64,000 nt of DNA. Source: Spizellomyces punctatus DAOM BR117 (lineage: Eukaryota). The translations under genes were made by a program, and so were the position numbers. Under the pieces are notes generated by a model, which saw only the letters and a list, made by a program, of their open reading frames with translations, was not told the DNA's origin and did no database searches. Location: the NCBI GenBank assembly GCA_000182565.2, contig KQ257472.1, one strand, 5' to 3'. Positions 35,001 to 44,300 of this stretch are shown one piece after another; position 1 is the first letter of the stretch; every line of letters starts with the position of its first letter.

Positions 35001-37918
35001 CGAGCTGTTGATGAAGCTCCTCTAACTCATTGGTACTCATATGTTGTAAGGGGTATGTGAGTGGTTTAGCTCCACGAAGGAGTTCAATGCTAAAGTTGTC
35101 TTCCCCTCAATCTGGGGGGAACTTGCCATTCTCAGTAAAAAGCGTGTTGTTGTATTTATTGAGTGTAACCTTAAGGAATCCTGTGCACCCATTATCAGCT
35201 GCATCAAAGTCTTCTTTTCTTTTCTTGCCTTTTGCATAGAGCCTTGCTGCATGGAAACTCATGTAGCGATCATCGACTCCCTCTGGTTGGATCCTCCATG
35301 CTGTCAGGTATCTGTTATGTTTGATACCTTTGTCAGATTGCTTGGAGGAGCATTCATTCCATGTCATCTTGGGTTGAATAAACCGTGAGGGAGGTTTGCC
35401 GAATCCTCTCAGATGGGCGGCATGATATGAGGCAGTGGCTTCCCATGCTCTGCTGGTCCATTGCACCTCAATGTTATGGCTCATGTTGTTAAAGTTAAAC
35501 CATAGGGTTGGTCATTGTGCTGTTCAATTGTTGGAGACTTGCTTAAGGAGTTTTAATAGAGGTAACCCTATCACTGCATCAATGCCAATATTTGCTACAA
35601 CAAAAGGGATCTTTCCAAGGTTTATGAATCCTCAAGGTTGCAAATTGGACAAGAGTAGTGAAGAGGTTATCATCAAGTTCGATAGGCTCTGAGATCCTTC
35701 TTTGCCCCATTTTATCTGAAGGGGTTGCTCTGGAGCATACTGTTTGAAATGATGTCGGGTTGTGAACTTCTTGTTGATAAGGTAGCTTGTACATCCAGTG
35801 TCAAATAATATTCTAGCAAACTTATTGCCAATACATCCATGGATAATGAAGGGCTCCTCAATCTCAGGATTTTTGATCTTGGTGTCATTGCAACATAACA
35901 GTTCTTCCTTCTGGTCCTGATCTGGTAGTCATGGTACAATGGCCTCATGCATGTGTACCATAGCCACTGAAGGGATCAGGGCAGTCAGCGGCTTTACTAA
36001 AAATCCTCCATTTGTTCATCCTCAAAGATTTCTTCAATTGAGGATGGTTCCTCTTGCTCTGCCCAGGTGGGCTCATTGACCTCCATGGTCTGGTACTCAA
36101 TTGGAGGATGTTCAGTCATCATTGAGTGAACCTGGGATTGGGACATTCTGACCCCACATCCCCTTCCTGGTCCTGTACCTCTGGTAGAGGGTTGTCTGGA
36201 TTCACAAGGAATTCCTCGACCTTGTGGCACCTGCATGGGGTACGGGGCAGCTTGTACTGGAGCAGATGGGCATTGGCAAGCATAATGCCCTCTTCCTCCA
36301 CAGTTATTGCAGACAATGCCAGAGCTTGCTCTCATTACTGGCCAAGTGGCACCTCGGGTTACTGTGGATGTCATGCGGCCATGAAAGGATCCTCGTCCAC
36401 AGGTGGACAGGCAACTTGGTGTTGTTGAGGATGGTGTGGGCATGCTGATTTGATCAATGAGTCCCTGATCATTATATGCCATATGAAGGCTCTGCTGCAG
36501 GGGGACCAATACATCTTCTTCATCATTCATTAGTGACAACATTGTTTTCATCAAGATGAGATGATTGTATAATGCTTCCCCTACTCTGCGGTTTTGGCGG
36601 ATGCCCTCCATATAATATCACAGAATGTCAGCATCCGGTATTCTAGGTCGGCCTGTAAGTCAATGGCCTGAGATATCTTCTCCCACAAGGGCGTTAAAGG
36701 CCTGGGTGTACTCCATGACACTCTGGCCCATGGTTAAGTTCCGGAACTGCTGGTGGAGATTATTTCAAGAGTCACGGGGGATGAACCTGTGAACAAAGGT
36801 GGTTTCCAGCTCCTCGAGAGTATTGGCATAATGGTTGAAGCTAGTCCAGTTGTGCCACCAATCTAAAGCTGGACCCATGAGATAGGTTTGGATATGTGCC
36901 TCCACATCCGATCTTCTTCCTTCATTAGTGTGTGCAACACAAAGGTAGCTCCTATGGGCTCCTAGGAACTCTTCTAGTTGACAAGCATCTGGCGTGCCAT
37001 TGTACATATGCAACCATGCCCTGAGTGTGCTGAGCATTGCATTAATCGTCATTTCTTGCTGGTGCTCAATGCGGCAGGCAGCTGCAGCATTGGCCGCAGC
37101 TTGTTGCATGATCATGTTCCCGAATGCTTGCTGTTGCGCTAGGTTGGTGAGGGTTACCAGGAGCCTGTCTAGATGACCAGCACCTGGAGGGATTGGCAGC
37201 TGTGGTGGGGGTGGCATCGGTGCCGGCCCTGGTTCTTGCGGCGGCTGGTTGTTCCCCGGTACAGCCTCGAATTGGAAGACTGGGTCCTCTCCCTCTTCCT
37301 CGACAGTGATGAACGGGTGATTGTCTTTGGACATTTCGGATCGTTCACGGGGCTCTGGGCTGAAGGTAGAAGCTTCTGAGTTTCTATCAGAGGCGAATGG
37401 GTCAAAGACAATAGAGGGTCAAATGTCTTCCGATTCCGTAGCGTGTGTGGTAGTCTCAGGTGGTGCTACCATGTAATGTCAATCAACCAGATTGCTCTAG
37501 TCAATGTTTTCTTGCAAATCATTGGGCCCTGCAGGAGGGCTGTATAAAGACTTTGTTGTTAATACAAGAGAAAGGGAACTATTGATAGTTCCTCAAGTTG
37601 CTAACTAGGCTAGTTGTTCTTCTAGTTTTTTCCTTACTTCCCTTTTTGAGGGACTTTAGAGCAGTGCTCTTTTTATGCTTGCTCCCTCCTTTGGCAGGGC
37701 ATCGGCCTGAGGTTTCCCACCTCTGCCAGTGTGGTCCCTCTTGCAGCAATCAGAAGTGATTGGCACTAGCAAATAAAGGGACAAATAATCCTCTAACTAT
37801 GGGGCCGCTGTGGAACTGAATGACTTTGACAGGTCATCAGCATGGCGGGGCTTACATAATCTAACTACTGTTACATGCTGCGCCATACTTTGGCCATACA
37901 TGGCTACATGATCACTAT
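32044..37918 (-). mobile_element. Gypsy-D degenerate Ty3/gypsy element (partial 5' LTR 37472-37918, PBS 37459-37471)
   Basis: Fragments: gag 36765-37334, knuckle CNNCGGRGHYACQC, protease ILFDTGC (~35,800), RT 34447-34941 (YLDNILVFS), RNase H FTDSSG, integrase 32768-33480. Many stops and frameshifts; no same-orientation 3' LTR found. Confidence 0.88.
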
Positions 37919-38373
37919 CCCTATGCCTCCAGTCCTGCTCTGGCTTTGATAGCATGTCCTGCACTATCCTAGGAAGTGTTTCTGTGGCCCTAGCTGGCTG
38001 GGTTTGGGTCCTCTGTCCCAAAACTTCCTGAATATTGTGCAGAAACTCTCTTCTGAACATCCTCATCTTGTCCTTGAACTCCAAAAAGGACTCCTGAGTG
38101 AGGTACTGGGGCTCCTCCTGAGCTTCCAGGTAACTACTGAAGTTGTTTTCCTGAGCTTGTTGAGCTTCCCTTCTGGCTTGCTCTTCAATCTTCTCAAACT
38201 GACCAGAAAGAGACATCTTTCTCTTTCCTTTTTGTGCTGGTGTTCTGTCCAGGGGCATCATTTGCTTCTGGTTTCAGTACACTGCTCAGTAGTTTGTATT
38301 TACATTGTTCTCAGCTGTCTGACAGGCAATCAGGGCTCATAACCTGTTGGGAAAGTCAAGAAATAGGTGTTAT
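37919..38373 (-). mobile_element. Copia-E 5' fragment: gag N-terminus, half-tRNA PBS 38331-38344, LTR 3' end 38345-38373
   Basis: ...CCCAACA|GGTTATGAGCCCTG on the minus strand, followed by an ORF starting at 38261. Sequence unrelated to Copia-A. Confidence 0.7.
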
Positions 38374-41300
38374 TGTAGCGGATTTTTTGTTGGTAGACTA
38401 CGGTAAAGACGACTTGGGTCTCCTAGCAGGTTATGGGGGTGGCCGTACTAGGAATCATAGTCTCCGAATCCTTTCTTTGGGCATCGGTAGCAACTTGGGG
38501 GCGAGAGGCAAGGAGAGTCGGTTAGTTGTGAACCGAGCAGGATTTAGAGGCTTCGGTACGGGTGATCAGGCCGTTGAAGCGCTCTGTTAGGTTCCTGTTA
38601 ACCTAAGATTGGAGTTGAGAAGCGAGTTATGGGGATTTTGTGTCACTACGGCTTCTGCCCCCGACTTATTTTATTGAATACATCCTTTTTATACAAGATT
38701 CTTGGATAAACTGTTAAACTAAACTAAACTAATGGGTGTCGCTGCACCGCAACTGATTTATTGGTGGCGGTACCGATCTCTTCCTTTTCCACACTGGCTC
38801 GGGCCTCCACAGGTTGTACGAGGCACGCTGAAATCTAATGCACCAATTGCCATTCTCTGAACTGGTTTTTTCGGTCGCGGTAACTCAATCGGTGGAGTTG
38901 GTCACGCGATTCGTGCTTCCCGCGTCCGATTTGGGCTTACTCGTGATCTCTCGAAGACGTCCTCATCGTTACATCCCCCCTTTGAAGAGCCAATGCACCG
39001 GCGCTCCGAGCGGGGGTGTTGGGACGTCAATTACCAGGTTGGTACCGGATCTGTGGGGTCCGCTTCATCTGCATCTTGGTTCACGACCCAGATGATACTG
39101 GCACGGCCACCGACGTTGCAACAAAACCAGATTTGATCTGTTGCGGTACAAACGATGGTACCCGGGGTCACGTCGGGGCCAGTTCTGGTTACGTAGAGGG
39201 CCGTAAAGGTCTCCGCGGCCCTTTTCAGGTTTGTCGCGCGGAAATGGTACTCCGCGTGCTCGTGATGTCGGGGTCTGGTGAGCCTTGCAGAGGCTTCCGC
39301 TGCATTCGCCGTCCTTAGGAGCACCGTCCTAGCTGCTTCAATGATGGCAGACGCAAACTCGTGGGCATCATCGTTCGGCCAATCGGTGAACGGAGCCATT
39401 TTTCGGCTTCCCGCCTCGTGTTGGGGAACCCCGCAGTCGAGCCAAGCGGCGCACGGAGCTGGGCGCCCTCTTTTTCCGGGTTTTTTCGTGTCGGCAACTA
39501 TTCCGACTGCTGCTTCACCACCATCGGTGGCCTTGCTGTAGGGGTCCGCGATGTGGTTTGTGAGGGGCTGGCCCACCGCGTAAGGTTTCGGAGCGTCGAC
39601 TCCCAGCCAAAACTCATGCCCTGGAGTCTGCAGCGGCGCGTTGGGGTTGGTCCGAAGCTGATGAACCCAGGAGTGAACCCAGGTAGCGATCGCAACCCCA
39701 AGGTGATCCAGCACGCCCTCGGCCTCGAAGTTGCCCGAGTCTTCCTCCCAAGGGTAGCCGGACATGTACGTGGAGGGTATGCTCACTCCTGCTTGTCCTC
39801 TGAGATCGGTGTTCATTGTGTTAGAAATGGAAGTTTTAGTTTCGGTGTCGATAGAAGGGGTTTGCGAAGCAGAGTGAGTGTGTAAGGGAAGTAGGTCATG
39901 GGCGGTTGAAGAAGAAAAAAGAGGGGGAGCGTGCAGGGGCGTCCTTTTAAGGTCGTCGCCGGCTGATTTTGACAGCTCGGACGTGCGTAAGCGTGATCGG
40001 GAGGCTTGGTGTGGCGTTCTCGACTGGTGAGGTAAGCCACGCGAAACTGGTTTTCTTTCTGGTGAGAGGGCGTGATTATCACGTGAGCTATCATCCGGAT
40101 AAACTGCGAAGCATTGGTGGTCAGAAGCATAAGCCGTATCTTCCGGGGCGTCGCCTGCAAGGCTGACTACCAAAGAGTCCTCTACTAGCGCGCTAGTGGG
40201 AGCTCTGGATCTCCAGTACTCTTCTAAGGCTTCGGAAGCCTCTGTTAGGGCTTCCTCTGGTTCCCAGGTATCCTCATGGGGTGGGTATCCGGACCAACGT
40301 ATTTGAAATTGACGTTTTCTGTGCCTGGTTCGATGGTCTACTATCGCTTCCACTTCAAACTCGCCATCTGAAGCGTTGGAATCCTCCGCTTGTGCTTCCG
40401 CGACCTTTTCCTCAGTTTCGGCGTCGACAGGCTTCTGGTATGGATGTAATTTCGATATGTGAAACCATGGATGAAGTCGTCTCATCTTGTCTGGCAGTTT
40501 TAACTTGTAGTTGTCACGGAGAGGGTTACAGTCGGTCACCGTGACTGGTCCCAGCCATTTCGGAGCGATCTTGGACTCATACCCTGCTAGGTTTTTCGTA
40601 CTCAGAAGCACCTTATCTCCTCTCCGGAACTCCAAATGTCGTCGCGATAAATCGTAATATCTTTTCTGCAAATCCTGGGCTTTGATCATCAGATCTCGGA
40701 TAAGGATGTTTAGGTCGCCGAGGTGTTTACAGAGCTCTTCCGCATCTGCATTTCTGGTTTCTGACGGCCTTTCGACGATGTCCGCCAGTGGATTGTGGGG
40801 CTCATAGCCTAGGTCCATTCTGAATCGTGTCATTTTTGTCGCCTCGTGTACCGTATCGTTGATAATGAATTCCGCAACCGGAAGAAAGGTGTCCCAGTCG
40901 TCTAATCGGGTGTTGACCATTGTGGTAAGGACCTGCAAGACCGTTGCGTTGTCTCTTTCTGATTGTCCATCACCTTGAGGGTGGTAGGCTGTGGTGAGCT
41001 CTTGATTAATCTTTAGGTTTTTGCAGACCTCCTGCCAAAATCGACTCGTAAATTTGGAGTCGCGGTCCAAGATAATGGTCTCCGGGATGCCGTGCAATGG
41101 GACGTAGTGCTCTATAAAGAGTTCTGCGACCTGAATAGCTGTCACAGTGCTCTTGAGGGGCCATACGTGGATCCTCTTTGAGCATTTACATGCTATTAAC
41201 CAAAAGGCGTCGTACCCTCTGGAAGTAAGTGGGAGCTTGGTTACGAAGTCAGTTGTGATGACTGTCCAGCGTCCCGGAGCTGGTGGTATGGGTTTCAGCA

Positions 41301-44300
41301 ACCCCGGAATCAGTTGCGGTACCCTTTTTGAGCGTTGACAGGTTTCACATCCTGCGCAGTGTTTTCTGAAATCTTGTGCCATTTTCGGCCACCAGACTTG
41401 CGCTGCAGCTCTAGCGTAGGTTCTTTTGAATCGGAAGTGTCCTCCCCCCTCGTGAAAAAGCTTGCGCACCTCAGGGGTGCAAGCAGGGGGCACGTAAAGG
41501 CGCCAAAGGTCTTCGGAGACTGAAAAACGGTGCCACAGCAGGTTATCTGCACGTTGCCAGTCCTGAAGAAAGCGTGTGTCGGCGGTAGTGTACGTGTTGG
41601 GGCTGGTCTCCTATAGAAGGGTGCGGGCCTGTTGGGTGATGGGGTGGAGCGGGCCGGTGAGGCCAGCGCGGATGGCGGTGATGAGTGCGGGCTGTAAGGC
41701 CAAACAAAAGATGGCATCTGCCAGTGTTGAGGAGGGTGCGGGACCGGCTGGCGGGGTGCGCGGCCGTCATCCTTTGTGTTCCGACACCCATATTTCGGTC
41801 GCGGTAGAGCAAAGAAGAGTTTCCGCGCCAAGTAGCCGCGAAAGTGTATCAGCGACTATGTGGAAGCGTCCTGGTTTGTGTACAATTGTCATCCATTCGG
41901 ACCAGTAACTAAGATCGAGGGCCCAGCAGAGGAGCTTTCGGTTCTCACCTTTGTATTTGGCGAGCCACAAAAGAGCTCGGTGATCGGTAATGACCGTGAA
42001 AGGCAGGCCTTCGAGGTATGGGCGGAGTTTTCCGAGGCCCCAAATGAGGCATCCGGCCTTGAGTTCGACAGGTGGGGCCTTCTTTTCCGAGGTGGTGGTG
42101 CCTCGGGAATGGTAGCACAGCGGGTGTTTAGAAGCATCCGGCTGTAACTGTTCGAGCATGACATTAAACGCTGTGTAGGAAGCGTCACTGTGAAGGGTGT
42201 AGGGGAACCCTTTTCTGGGTGCCGCAAGCACTGGAGCTGTTGTCAGAGCCTGCTTGGCGGCTGCGAAGGCAGAGTTTCGGGAGTCGGTCCATGAAACTTC
42301 ACGCTTCGCGACGAATCTGCGCAGACCTTGGTCGGGGCGCTTGCGAGCAAGGCGTCCGACACAAAAGGGGTCAATGGGCAAGTCGGCCAGCGATGATTGG
42401 CATAGATTGACCGCCAGTAGGTCTGAGGAGCTAGATTTAAGATGTTGCGAAACCTCAAATCGGGCTCCGGTTGCTGTGATTGTTGGGGCCACTGCCGTGT
42501 CAAGCATGGACGGTGAATTGAGCTTTTCAGCTCCTTTCCTTGGGTCAGCGCGACCCTTTTTAAGGTCTCGGTATTCACGAACGCCCTCTTGGATAGCGTC
42601 TTGCAGGGGTCGGACGAGTTCCGCGTAGCGAGGGATGAATTGGGCATAGAACCCAAGGAGACCCATGAAGGACCATAGGTCACCAATAAATTTAGGTCGT
42701 GGCCAATCGACTATGGTTGCGACCTTGTCTGGATCGGTAGCGAGGCCCTGGGAAGAGGCAACGAAACCGAGGGCCGTGAGCTGGTGAAAGAGCCATTGAC
42801 ACTTGTCGAGTCTTAGGGTGAGTTTGGCCCTGGAAAAGTGGTCGAGCCAGTCCGCGATGGCATCTAGGGCTTCCGCAGCTGTCTCCGCTCGTGTATGGAT
42901 ATCGTCGATGAAGTTGTTGATATTTCGCCATTTGGAGGGACCCAAGGTGTCGTCCATCACCCGACAGAAGTGCGAGGGGGCAGTCTTGGGTCCGAAGGGC
43001 ATGAAAAGTGGTTCGTAGATGCCATCGTGGAGTCTGATCGCGAGCCATTTGCGTACCGACGTATCAGTGATGGCAATTTGGTAAAATCCTTTGTTTGCGT
43101 CACCTCCTGATATGTATCGGAATGGGACTGCGACGATCCAGTTCAGGATGTCGAGCATGATGGGAAAGGGATATGGATCCCAGGCCATGCAGTCATTGGC
43201 TCGGCGATAGTCGAAGGCTACCCGCGGGGGTTTGTCTGCGTAGCGAATAATAACAGGATCGCTGGCGAAGGTTACTTCGGTGGTTTGTTTCCACCTCTGA
43301 AGCCCCATCATGGTGTCTCGCTCCGTCTCGAGGGCTGTCCGCTCCAACGGAGAGTACGACCGTGGCCTCGAAAGGGGTGGTGGAGCTGAGATAAATTGAG
43401 GTGCATAAGGAATCTTGGTGTAGTTCCCTATGAGATGACCCTCATAGCTGAAGGCTTGATGGAAGTGTCATAGAATGTTGATTAGGGCCCAGACCATGGG
43501 TTTGGGTCATTTGAGATCGACGTGGAAATGTTCCGCGTCTTTTAATTGGGCTTCAAAGGCCCCTGGAGCCTTCTCTGTAGAGTTGAGGTTCCATTTGTTC
43601 CGAAGTGTCTGCCATTCTTCTTCGGAAATGTTCTCTTCGGGGTCCGCGACCGAATTATGGGTCGCGGTGGACAGTTTGAGGCCTAACGGGGCCGTTGTGC
43701 TAGCAGCAGTGGCCTCAAGAGGGTTTTTGATGAGAAAAGTTTGGGCTGCCATGCGCATCTGTCCTGTGATTAACATGGTTAATCTAGACTTCTGAGCTTT
43801 GGCTTTGGTCAGCCATGGCATTGACACATCCTTCATGAATTCACCCTGCTTGGTCTTGTATGGTGTGCTGTGCATGTGATCAGTGTCCAGCTCATCTGTT
43901 ATGAAGCAAGGGATAAGGATGTCCAGATTCTTGAGTGTCACTGCGAAACTGGGTAACAGGGGTTCCTGAACCAAGATTTGGAGTTTCAAATGTCCCAGAA
44001 CATTGTTGGCTAGGATGATGAGAGGTTTCCCATATGCAATGACTCAGAAATAGGTGCGGAAAGTCAGGTATTCTCCTCTGCAGCCTCTGAGGGAAGTTTC
44101 GAGGTATACTGTCTTGGTAGATGAGATACATCCACCAATGCCGTTGAAAGCCATCATTTCCACATCCTGCAAATCGGTTTCGGAGAACAGAAGGCCCTGG
44201 TATGTGTCAGAAATCAGAGACTCGCAGGCTCCTGTGTCTAGTACCACAGGTGCCCAGAGCTGAGCAATGATGGCTAGTGTCCAGCAAGGCTGCGTTTGGG

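Noticed and set aside
37797-38261. 154-aa ORF as a host gene
   Set aside because: Chimera of Copia-E gag N-terminus reading into the truncated Gypsy-D LTR at 37918.
39031-39816. env gene in Gypsy-C
   Set aside because: No signal peptide or convincing transmembrane helix, and it is in frame with integrase. Kept as an unknown domain instead.
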